Assembly (NCBI GenBank): GCA_963770895.1
Contig: CAVYRF010000002.1
Span: forward strand, 3,712,001 to 3,776,000
DNA from: an uncultured Acidobacteriota bacterium
GTDB taxonomy: Bacteria > Acidobacteriota > Thermoanaerobaculia > Multivoradales > UBA5704
Direction: 5' to 3'
Length of the DNA stretch: 64,000 nt
Under the pieces are notes generated by a model. That model saw nothing but the letters and a program-made list of their open reading frames with translations. It was not told the DNA's origin and ran no database searches. A program made the translations under genes and the position numbers. This document shows, piece after piece, positions 19,001 through 31,000 of the stretch (positions are counted from its first letter, which is position 1; each line of letters begins with the position of its first letter).

Positions 19001-22000
19001 ATCGCTGCAAACGCCGTGACTGCCGCGGGCGCAGATGCCGGGACCGTTGCAGGCGCCAGTACTGCTGCGAGTGCCGAAACCGCTGCGGTCGTTGGGACCG
19101 CTGCGGGCGCGACGACCGCGGCAGGCGCGGGGGCCGCCGGACCGCTGCTGGTGCTGACCCGCGGCGATGCCATATCGGAGCGTCTGGCGGCGCGCCTGGA
19201 ACGCGCCGCCGGCGGGGTGGTGCGGCTGCTGCCGGGCGCTGCCTTCGCAGAGCTGGACGAGCGGCGTTTCCTTGTGGATCCGCGCAGCCACGAGGATTTC
19301 GCGTCGCTGCTTGCGACCCTTGCCGACCGCGGCCTGGCGCCGCGGGCGATCGTCCACCTGTGGTGCCTGCCGGCTGTGGACGGCGCAGTCGATGTTGCAG
19401 GCGTCGCCGGCGCGGCCGGTGCGGGCGACGAGCTGGTGCTCGGCTTTTACAGTTTGACGGCCTTGGCGCGCGCGCTGGCCGGGCGGGACTTGCCGCCGGC
19501 GTTGCCGCTGCTGGTGGTGGCGAGCGGCATCCACGAGGTGACGGGCGACGAGCCGCTGTGTGCCGAACGGGCGATGCTGGCGGGGCCGGTCAAGGTGATC
19601 CCGCGCGAGCTGCCGGGCGTCGTCTGTCGTGCCGTGGACGTGGAACTGCCGCCTCAAGGCGGCGGGACCGTCGCGGCGCGCCGCCTGGAGCGACTGATCG
19701 AACAGGTCGCCGCCGAGCTGGACGCCGCGCTCACCCGCCAGGGAGAGCCGCTTGTTGCCCTGCGCGGTGGGCGCCGCTGGGTGCTGGATTACGCGCCGGT
19801 GCGGCTGCCCGCCGCGCCGCGCACGGCGGCGGCGGCGCAGCCTGGATCGGACGCCGCGCTGCCGCTGCGCGAGCGCGGGATCTACCTGGTCACCGGCGGG
19901 CTGGGCGGCATCGGCTTGGCGGTGGCGGAGATGCTGGCGCGCGACTGGCGCGCTCGCCTGGTCCTGGTGTCGCGGCGCGAGCTGCCGGCGCGCGAGCTCT
20001 GGGCAGAGCGGCTGGCGGCCAGCGGCCGCCAGGCCGGGCGCGGGGCCGCACTCCAGGCGGAGCGGCGGCTGCTGGCGAGGTTGATCCAGCTGGAGGACCT
20101 GGGCGCCCAGGTGTGGGTGGCGAGTGCCGACGTCGCCGATGCTGGCGCCATGCGTGCGCTGGTCGCGGCGGTGCGTGCGCGGTGGGGCAGCATCGACGGC
20201 GTTTTCCATGCTGCCGGCGTGGCCGACGGCGGCATGCTGCAGCTGCGCACGCCCGAGGCATCCGCCGCCGTGCTGGCGTCGAAGGTGGCCGGCACGCGCG
20301 CCCTGGCCGCGGCGCTGGCCGCGGGCGACAGCGCGCCGTCAGCCTCTCCGGCACCAGGGGCACCGCTGGCGCCCCCGGCTCTGATCGGTCAGACAGCTCC
20401 GGTTGCGCCGCCGGCGGCGCCGGCGACGTTGGCTCAGACCGACGCGCCGCGGCTTTTCGTGCTCTTTTCGTCGCTCAGCTCGGTCGTCGGGCGTTTCGGC
20501 CAGGTGGCGTACGGCGCGGCCAACGCCTTCCTGGACGCCTTCGCGCACGAGCGGTCGCGGGCGGGCGGCGGCCTGACCGTATCGATCAATTGGGGAGAAT
20601 GGTCGGGCGTCGGCATGGCCGCGGCGCCGGCGGCCGGCGCCGCGCCGGGCACCGCGGACGCGACGGCCGCCTCTGACGCTGCCGTGGTCGACCATGGCGC
20701 CGCCGGCGGCGGCGAAATGGCCGCGGCGCAGGGGGCGGCGGGGCGGCATCCTCTCCTCGACCGCTCGTGGGTGGAGCCCTCGGGCGAGGAGGTGTTTGCG
20801 ACCGATTTCAGCGTCGACCGGCATTGGGTGGTGGACGAACACCGGCTGCTGGGCAATGCGGTGATCCCCGGCGTGGCCTACTTCGAGATCGTGCGCGCTG
20901 CGCTGGCCGGGCGCGCCGAGGGGCGGGCGCTGCGCTTTGCCGAGGTGGTCTTCGTGGCGCCGATCCGGGTGCGCGACAGCGGCAGCCGCGAGGTGCGCCT
21001 GCACCTGGTGCCGGCGGGCGATGGATTCCGCTTCGCCGTGCGCAGCGTGCCCGAGGTCGAAGAGGGCGGCGGCACCGAGCCGCGCGACCACGTGATGGGG
21101 CAGGTGGCCTTCGCCGCCGCCGCCGCGCCGCCGGCGCGCGACCTGGCGGCGATCAAGGGGCGGCTGCCGCGGCGCGTGCTGTTCACCGAAGAGGACCGCG
21201 AGGACGATCTGGGCCCGCGCTGGCAGAACGTGCGCATGGCGTTCATCGGCGAGCGCGAGGTGTTGACCCGCCTGGAGCTGGCCGACGAGCTGGCCGGCGA
21301 CCTGGCGACGATGCGGTACCACCCGGCGCTCGCCGACCGCGCCGCCGGCGTCGCCAAGGAGTACCTGATCGACGGCACCTACCTGCCGCTCACCTACGGC
21401 CGGCTTACCATCTTTCGCGACCTGCCGGCCCGGATCTACAGCCACGCCCGCTACCGGCCGCAGGACGGCTCCAACCTGGAAACCGCGACGTTCGACATCA
21501 GCATCCTGGACGACGCGGGCGAGGTGGTTGCCGAGATCGAGGAGTTCACCCAGAAGCGGGTCAACGACGCGGCGATCCAGATCCGCACCTATTCGGTGCG
21601 GCGCGAGGCCGCCGCGGACGCCGAGGCTGCCGAAGCGCCGCGCGGCATGAGCGCGGCCGAAGGCATCGAGGCGCTGACCCGCGTGCTGGCCGCGGGCCTG
21701 GGCCCGCAGGTGGCGGTATCGCCGCGCGACCTGGCGGCGGTCATCGCCCAGGCCGACGCGGTGGCGGAAGAGCGCGCGCTGGCCGGCCTGGCGACGGCCG
21801 TTGGCGGCGCCGCCGACAGTGCCGCCGGGGCGGCCCGCCCGGCGCATCCCCGTCCGGCGCTGGACACTCCCTACCGCGAGCCCCAGACCCCGACGGAGCG
21901 CGCCATCGCCGCCGCCTGGCAGCAGCAGCTGGGCGTCGAGCCGGTGGGCGCCGACGACAACTTCTTCGCCCTGGGCGGCGACTCGGTGGTGGCGATCCAG

Positions 22001-25000
22001 ATCCTTGCCGCACTGCGCCAGGTCGGGCTGACGCTCGGGCCGCAGCAGTTCTTCCAGCATCAGACCGTGGCGGCGCTGGCGCTGGTGGCGGGTGAGCTGG
22101 CGCTGCCGTTTTCCGGCGCTGCCGGGGCCGGCGCCGCCGGGGTCGCAGGGGCCGACACGTCCGGCGCCTCTGGTGGGATGGCGGCGCCCGCGGGCACTGC
22201 TGCTGCGGCGCCGCTCCCCAGCTTGGGTGCCGCCGACCTGACGGCGCTGGGCCTGGCGCCGCAAACGATCGAAGACAGCTATCCGGTGTCGCCGATGCAG
22301 GCAGGCATGCTGTTCCACAGCGCCTACCACCCGCACGCGGGCGACTACGTGGAGCAGGTCACCTGGACCGTCGACGGGCACCTGGACGACGCGGCCTTCG
22401 CCGCCGCCTGGGCCTATGTGATCGCGCGCCACCCGGTGCTGCGCACCAGCTTCCCGGCGGGCGGCCAGGAGCCGCTGATGCAGGTCGTGCACCGCCGCGT
22501 CGAGGTGCCGCTCGAGCGCCGCCAGGTGGCGGCCGGAGCGCTCGACCGCTGGCTGGAAGTCGATCGTCGGCTGGGCTTCGACCCCGCCCGCGCACCGCTC
22601 ATGCGGTTGGTGGAGCTGATCGGAGATCCATTAGCGGGCGCGTCCGGCGGGACCGGCGCCAGCGATGCCGGCAGTGGCGGCGGTGCCAGTGCTGCTGGCG
22701 ACGCTGTTCATGCTGGCGATGCCGGTCTAGCTGTCGGCAAGGAGGGCGGCCGCCGGCGGTTCGTCTGGACCTACCATCACCTGCTGCTCGACGGCTGGTC
22801 GGCGGCGCTGGTCCTGGGCGAGGTGTTTGCCGCGTTTGCGGCCTTTGCCGCCGGCGAGCGGCCGCAGCTGCCGCCGGCGCCGCCCTACCGCGATTTCCTT
22901 GCCTGGCTGGCGCGCCAGAACCGCGAGGCGGCGGCAGCCTTCTGGCGGCGGACGCTGGCCGGCCTGCCGGCGCCGTCCCGCCAGGAAAGCACGGCGGTGA
23001 TCTCCGGCACCGTCGGCACCTTGGACGCCGGCGCCGGAGCTGGCTCCAGAGCAGCCGCCGAGGAGCGCTACCACAGCCGGCGTCTGGCGCTGGGGACAGA
23101 GGCGAGCGGGCGCCTGCGGTCCCTTGCCCGCCGCCACCGGTTGACGCTCAACAGCATCGTTTCGGGTGCCTGGGCGCTGCTCCTGGCGCGCCGCGGCGCG
23201 GGCGACGACGTGACCTTCGGCGGCATCGTGTCCGGACGCCCTCCCGAGCTGCCGGGCATCGAAGCGATGGTCGGCCTGCTCATCAACACCCTGCCGATGC
23301 GGGTGCGGGTGGAGGAGGACGCGCCGGCGCTCGCCTGGCTTGCCGGCGTGCAGGCGGCCCAGGTCGAGGCACGCGGCTTCGAGCACAGCTCGCTGGCCGA
23401 CATCCGCCAGTGGAGCGGCCTGCCGGCCGACCGGGCGCTGTTCGACAGCCTGCTGGCGTTCGAAAACCTCCCCGAGGGCGAGCTGCCGGCGGCCGGCGGC
23501 GGCGGCCCGGTGTTGGGCGGCGTCGGGCGCAGTCCAGGCCGCACCGGCCTGCCGCTGACGGTGGAGATCTTCCCGGGCGTGCCGCTGCTGATCGACGTGA
23601 CCGCCCAGGAGGCGCGCTGCGACCGGCCGCAGCTGGCCCGCCTGGCGCTGCAACTGGAACAGCTGCTGGTCGACCTCGGAGGGCTTGCCGGGCTGCCGGA
23701 AGCCGACGCCGCCGCGGCGCCGGTGGCGGCGCTGCGCTCGCTGCCCGCGGCCGAGCGCCACCTGCTGCTGCACGAATGGGGCGGCGGCGCGCCGCTCGCC
23801 ACGCGTCCCGAGATGGCCGCGGCCGCAGGCCGCTCGCTCGTCCACGAACGGAGCGCCGATGCGTCCCTCCCAGTACGTGCCGGTATCGCCGTGGGAGCCG
23901 GCGCGGCTCTGGTCAATACGCTCGGCGAGCGGTTCGCCAGTTGGGTCGCGCTCCGCCCGGATGCCGTCGCGGTGCACGACGGCGACCTTCGTCTCAGCTA
24001 TGGCGAGCTGGATCGTCAAGCCGGCCGCCTGGCCGCCGTGCTGGCCGCCCGCGGTATCGGTGGCGAGACGCGCGTCGCCGTCGCCCTGCCGCGCGGCACC
24101 CAGGCTGTCGTCGCGCTCCTGGCCATTCTGCGCGCCGGCGGTGCCTACGTGCCGCTCGACCGGGTGGCGCCGATCGAACGGCTGCTGTGGCTCCTGGAAG
24201 ACACAGGTGCGGCGGCCTTGATCGTGCCTGCCGCGGCGCCGGCATCGGTGCCGCCGGCGACGTCGCCATCGTTGTCGTCGGCTCCCCCGTCTCAGTCGTC
24301 GTTTCCGGCGATATCGTCCTCATCGCCGGAGTCGGCGCCGCCCGCACCAGCGCGGCGCCGCGGGGGGGAGGCTGCGTCGCTCGCGTCGCTTGCCACTCTC
24401 GCGTCGGCGCGTTGGCCCTCCCTGGCAGTCGTGGCGGTGGATGCAGCGGGCGATCTTGATGCTGCGGGCATGCAGGCTCAGTACGCCGCCGCACCCGCAC
24501 CCGCGCTCGGACGCGGGCTCGCGTCCGCGGATGCGCTCGCCTACGTGCTCTATACGTCGGGCTCGACGGGCGTGCCGAAGGGCGTCGCGGTGCCGCACGG
24601 CGCGGTGCTGCGGCTGATCGACGGCGACTGTGCCGCATTTTCTCCGGATGAAGTCTGGGCGCAGCTGGCGCCGCTCTCCTTCGACGCTGCGACGCTGGAG
24701 GTGTGGGGCGCCCTGCTGCACGGTGGCCGGCTGGAGGTGCTGCCCGACGAGGCGCTGTCGCCGCGTCTGCTGCCGGGGGCGCTCGCCTCCCGCGGCGTCA
24801 CCTCGCTGTGGCTAACCGCCGGCCTGTTCCAGCTGCTGGCGGAGGAGGCGCCGGAGTCCTTCGCAGGCTTGCGCCAGCTGCTCGTCGGCGGCGACGTGGT
24901 GGCCCCCGCCGCGGCGCGCGCCGTGCTGGCGGCCCATCCCCACCTGCGGCTGATCAACGGCTATGGGCCGACCGAGGGCACCACCTTCACCTGCTGCTGC

Positions 25001-28000
25001 CGGCTGGACGCGGCGGTGGCCGCGGCACCCGCGCTGCCGATCGGCCGGCCGATCGCCGGCACCCGCGTGCTGGTTGTAGACGAACGGCTGCGCCAGGTGC
25101 CCGTCGGCATCGCCGGCGAGCTCTGCGCCGGCGGCAGCGGCCTGGCGCGCGGCTATCTCGGCAGGCCCGATCTGACCGCGGCCAGCTTCATCCCCGACCC
25201 CGCGGGTGCCGGTGCCGCTGGCGGCGGCGCGGCGGGGGAGCGGCTGTACCGCACCGGCGACCGCGTGCGCTTCCGTCCCGACGGCACGCTCGCCTTCCTG
25301 GGCCGGCTCGACAGCCAGGTGAAGATCCGCGGCTTCCGCGTCGAGCCCTCGGAGGTCGAGGCCGTGCTGGCGGCGCATCCGCGGGTGGCGCAGGCGGCGG
25401 TCGTCGTCGCCGGTGCCGCGGGCGAGCGCCGCCTGGTCGCCTGGGTGGCGCCGGCCGGCGGCGCCGCCGCGCCGCCCCTCGATCCTGGCGAGCTTGCCGC
25501 CTGGCTGGGCGAGCGGCTGCCCGCCTACCTGGTGCCGGCGTCCATCATGGTGGCGGACGCGCTGCCGCTGACGGCGAACGGCAAGATCGATCGCCGCCGG
25601 CTGGCCGACCTGCCGGCGACGATGGCAACGACGGCGACCGCGGCGGCCGCAGGCGGTGCGGCGGCGGGCGAGCCGGCCGCGGCACCCGCGGCGGAACCGC
25701 CGGCCACCGCCACCGAGCGCCGGCTGGCGGAGATCTGGGCGCGGCTGCTGGGGGCGCCGGTCGGCGACCGCCGGGGCAACTTCTTCGCCCTGGGCGGGGA
25801 CTCCCTGGTCGCGTTGCGGGCGTCGGCACACCTGCGCGACGCGTTCCAGGCGGACGTGCCGCTCAGCCGCCTGTTCGAGCTGCCGGTCCTGGCCGACCTG
25901 GCGGCCTGGATCGACGGCGCCCAGGCGGCCGCGGGCGAAGATCGTGCCTCCGCGGGCGGCGCGGCGGGCGCGGCGGCGGCCGACACCGCGGATGTGTTGG
26001 TGCCGGTTTCGCGCGCCCAGCCGCTGCCGCTCTCCTTCGGCCAGCAGCAGCTGTGGCTGCTCGACCGGCTCACGCCGGAGCAGTCGCAATACAACGTCGC
26101 GGTGGCGGTCGAGCTGGCGGGGAACCTGGACGCCGGCGCTCTGGCGGCCGCGCTCCGCGGCGTCCTTGCCCGCCACGAGGCGCTCCGCACCCGCCTGGTG
26201 ACGCCGGACGGCGACGATGCCGGCGGCGAGCCGCACCAGGTGGTGATGCCGGCGGCGCCGCTGCCGCTGCCGCTGATCGACCTGGCGGCGCTGGCGCCCG
26301 CCGGCCGCGAGGGGGCCGCTGCCGGGGTGCGCGCCGCGGCCGAGGCGCGGCCCTTCGACCTGGCGAGCGCGCCCATGCTGCGCGCCACCCTGCTGCGCCT
26401 GGAGCCGGACCGCCACCTGCTGCTGCTTGTGGTGCACCACGTCGCGGCGGACGCCTGGTCGCTCGGCGTCCTGCTGCGCGACCTGGCGGCGCTATACCGC
26501 CCGTCCGCTGCGCCGCCGCCCGCGCTGTCGCAGCACCCGGCGGCGTCGCCGACTGCGTCGCTGCAGCATCAGGAACAGTCGCCGCCGCTGCCCGCGCTGC
26601 CGATCCAGTACGCCGATTTCGCCGCCTGGCAGCGCCGGCGCCTGCGCGGCGAACGCCTGGGCGCCCTGCTCGATTTCTGGCGCGAGCGCCTGGCGGCGGC
26701 GCCGCCGCCGCTGCCGCTGCCGCTCGACCGGCCGCGGCCGGCGCTGCGCTCGCCGGCGGGGGCGCTGCGGGCGCTGGCGCTGCCGCCCGACACCCTGGCG
26801 GCGCTGCGCCGGGTGGCCGAGCCGCACGGGGCGACGCTCTTCATGGCGCTTGCCGCCTGCTTCGCCACCCTGCTGCTGCGCGCGACCGGCGAAACCGACC
26901 TCGTGTTGGGCACCCCGGTCGCCAACCGCGGCCGCCAGGACCTGGAAGGGCTGATCGGCTACTTCGTCAACACCGTGGTGCTGCGCCTCGACCTGGCCGG
27001 CGACCCGCCGTTTGGCGAGCTGCTGGAGCGGGTGCGCGCCGCGGCCCTGGACGCCTTCGCCCACCAGGAGATGCCGTTCGAGCGCCTGGTCGAGGAGCTG
27101 GCGCCCGCGCGCGACCTGGCGCTGACGCCGATCTTCCAGGTGCTGTTCGCCTTGCAGAACGCACCGCTGCCGGCGGTGGAGCTGCCGGGCCTGCGCCTGA
27201 CGCCGCGGCCGGCGCTGGGCGGCACCGCCAAGTTCGACCTTTCGCTGACCGTCGAGCAGGACGTGGTGGGGCCGGCGGCGGTCGCCGAGTACGCCCGTGC
27301 CGTCTTCGATCCGCCGCGCATCGAGCGCCTGCTGGGTCACTTCGCCACGCTGGTCGAGGCGGCGGCGCAGGCGCCCGGCCAGCGCATCGGCGCGCTGCCG
27401 CTGCTGTCGCCGGCCGAGCGCCACCAGCTGGCGGTCGAGTGGAACGACACGCAGGGTGCCTACCCGCGCGACGCGACCCTGGACGGGCTGGTCCTCGCCC
27501 ACGCGGCGCGCGCCCCCGAGGCGCTGGCGGTGGTGCGCGGCGGCGGCGGCGCGGGCGCTGCCGAAGAGCGTTTGACCTACGGCGAGCTGGCCGCTCGCGC
27601 GGCGCGCCTGGCGCGGCAGCTGCGCGACCTGGGGCTGCGGCCGGGAGACCTGGTCGGGCTGGGCGCCGAGCGCTCGCTGGAAATGATCGTCGCGATGCTC
27701 GCCGTGCTGCTGGCGGGCGGCGCCTACGTGCCGCTCGACCCGGAGCAGCCCGAGGAGCGGCTGCGGTTCGTGATGGCCGACGCCGGCATCCGGCTGGTGC
27801 TCGCCCCCGCAAGCTGGCTGGCGGCGCGGCAGGCGAGCCTCGGCGATCACCGTTCGGTGCCGCTCGACGGCGTGGCCGCTCCGGCACCGGCCGGCGCCGC
27901 TGACACCGCGGCCAGGACCGCGGCTGAGGCCGCCGCGCCGCCACCCGCCGGCACCCTGCCCCTGTCGCCCGCCTACGTCATGTACACGTCGGGGTCGAGC

Positions 28001-31000
28001 GGCCGCCCCAAGGGTGCCGCGGTGCCGCACCGGGCGGTGGCGCGCCTGCTGCTGGGCAGCAACCTGGTGCGCTTGGCGCCCGGCGACAGGGTGGGCAACC
28101 TGTGCAATCCGGCGTTCGACGTCACCGTGTTCGAGATCTGGGGAGCGCTGCTCAACGGCGCCACGGTGGTGGTGATCGAGCCGGGCGAGACGCTGGCGCT
28201 CGGCGACCTGGCGGCGACGGTCGCGCGTCGCCGGATCGACGTGCTGTTCGTGCCGACCGCGCTGTTCAACCAGCTGGTCGAGCAGGAGCCGGAGGCCCTG
28301 GCGGCGTTGGGCGGCCTGCGCCAGCTGCTCATCGGCGGCGAAGCCGCCGACGCGGTGCGGGTGCGGCAGGCCCTGCCGGCGATGACGGGGCGGCTGGTCA
28401 ACGCCTACGGGCCGACCGAGGCGACGGTCTTCGCCTCCGCCTGGCGGCTGCTGGACGTCGCCGGCGACGCGGTGCCGATCGGACGGCCGCTGACCAACAC
28501 CCGGCTGCACGTGCTGGACGCGGCGGGAGAGGCGGTGCCGCTCGGCAGCGCCGGCGAGCTGTGCGTCGCGGGCGACGCCCTGGCCGCCGGCTACGTTGGG
28601 CGGCCCGACCTGACGGCGGAGCGGTTCGTGCCCGATCCCTTTGCCGGCCGCGCGGCGGGGGCGCGCGACGGTTGGAACGAGCCGGGCGGGCGCTTGTACC
28701 GCACCGGCGACCGGGCGCGCCTGCTGGCCGACGGCACCCTGCAGTACCTGGGGCGCCTGGACGCCCAGGTCAAGATCCGCGGCTTCCGCATCGAGCCGGG
28801 CGAAGTGGAGGCGGCGCTGATGCGGCATCCCTTGGTCGGCGCCGCGGCGGTGGGGGTGCGCGACGACCTGCCGGGTGGGCGCCAGCTGATCGCCTACGTC
28901 ACCGGCGAGGCGGTGAGCGCCGCCGAGCTGCGCTCCTTCCTCAAGGACAGCCTGCCCTCCTACATGGTCCCGGCTCATTTCGTGACGGTGCCGGCCCTGC
29001 CGCTGACCGCCAACGGCAAGCTGGACCGGGCGGTGCTGGCGCGCATCGCCGCGGTGCTGTCGCCCGCGGCCAGTGCCGCGGCGGCGGCGGGCAGCGGGCC
29101 GCCGCCGCGCGGCGTCCTCGAAGAGGAGATCGCCGCGGTGTGGCGCGAGGTGCTGGGCGTTGCGGCGGTCGGCCGCGACGACAACTTCTTCGACCTGGGC
29201 GGCCACTCGCTGCTGCTCGCCAAGGTGCACGCGCGGCTGCGCCACCGCCTGGCCGGCCTGGAAGCGCTGGACCTGTTCCGCTACCCGACGATCGCCGCGC
29301 TGGCCGCGCACCTGCTGCCGCCGCCGGCGGTCGGCACGGACGTCGGGGCGTCGGCGACGACGGGCTTGCCCTCCCTGCCCCCCCTGGCCGACTACCTGCG
29401 GGGAGCGCCGGTGCTGCCTGTCGCGGTGGGCGACGTCGCGGTCGTCGGCATGGCCGGCCGCTTTCCCGGCGCGGCATCGGTCGACGAGCTGTGGCGCAAC
29501 CTGATGGCCGGCGCACGGTCGATGCGGCAGCTGTCGGCGGCCGACCTGGACCGCGCCGGGGTACCGGCGGCGGAGCGCGGCGCCCCCGGCTACGTGCCGG
29601 TGGCGGCGACGCTCGACGCCATCGACCAGTTCGACGCCGCGTATTTCGGCCTGACGCCGCGCGAGGCGGCGGTGATGGACCCGCAGCAGCGGCTGCTGCT
29701 CGAGTGCGCGGTCGAAACGTTGCAGGACGCCGGCTACGAGCCGGCGAGCTGGCGCGGCCGCATCGGCATCTTCGCCGGCTCGGCGATGAACAGCTATTCC
29801 CTGCACGTGCTGGCGGCCGACCACGGCGCCAACGACCTGCAGGCGCGATTGGGGATCGAAAAGGACTTCCTCGCCTCGCGCGTCTCCTACCGGCTGGGGC
29901 TGGAGGGGCCGAGCATCGCGGTGCAGACGGCGTGCTCCACGTCGCTCGTGGCGGTCCACCTGGCCTGCCGGTCGCTGCTCGCCGGCGAGTGCGACCTGGC
30001 GCTGGCCGGCGGCATCGCGCTGCGCAATCTGTACGGCGAGGGCTACCTGCACGAGCCGGGCGGCGTGCTGTCGCCGGATGGCCACTGCCGGTCCTTCGAC
30101 GCCGCCGCCGCCGGCACCGTGGCCGGCGACGGCGTCGGACTGGTGGCGCTCAAGCGCCTGGCCGACGCGCTGGCCGACGGCGATACCATTTCCGCCGTGA
30201 TCAAGGGTTCGGCGGTCAACAACGACGGCGGCGGCAAGATCGGCTACACCGCCCCCGGCCATCGCGGCCAGGCGCGGGTGGTGCGGGACGCGCTGGCCGC
30301 CGCCGGCGTCGATCCGCGCACCGTGTCCTACGTCGAAGCGCACGGCACCGCCACGTCGCTCGGCGACCCTCTGGAGGTGGCCGCGCTCGCCGAGGCGTTC
30401 GCCGCCGGCGGCGCGGCCGGCGACGGCGCCGCCTGCGCGCTGGGGTCGCTGAAGAGCAACATCGGCCACTTGGACAGCGCGGCGGGCATCGCCGGCCTGA
30501 TCAAGACGGTGCTCGCGCTGCGCCACGGCGCCATCCCGCCGAGCCTGGATTTCACCCAGCCCAATCAGCGCATCCGCTTCGCCGGCACGCCGTTCCATGT
30601 CGCCACCGCGGCGATCGATCCCTGGGTCGGGCACGGCGGCGTGCGGCGCGCCGGCGTCAGCGCCTTCGGCATCGGCGGCACCAACGCGCACGTGATCCTG
30701 GAGCAGGCGCCGCCGGCGGCGGCGGCGGCCCCCGACGGCGGCAGCCAGCTGCTGCAGCTGGCGGCGCCGAGCGAAGCGGCGCTGGCGCGCACCGCGGCGG
30801 CCCTGGCCGACCACCTGGCGCGGAACCCCGGTCTGGAGCTGGCCGACGTCGCCTTCACCTTGCGCGTCGGCCGGCGCGCCGCCGCGCATCGCCTGGCCGT
30901 GGTGAGCGGCGACCGCGCCGCGGCGATCGCCGCCCTGCGCGGCCAGGACCCGGCCAGGCTGCTGCGCGGCACGACGCGACGCGAGCCGCCGGTCGCCCTG

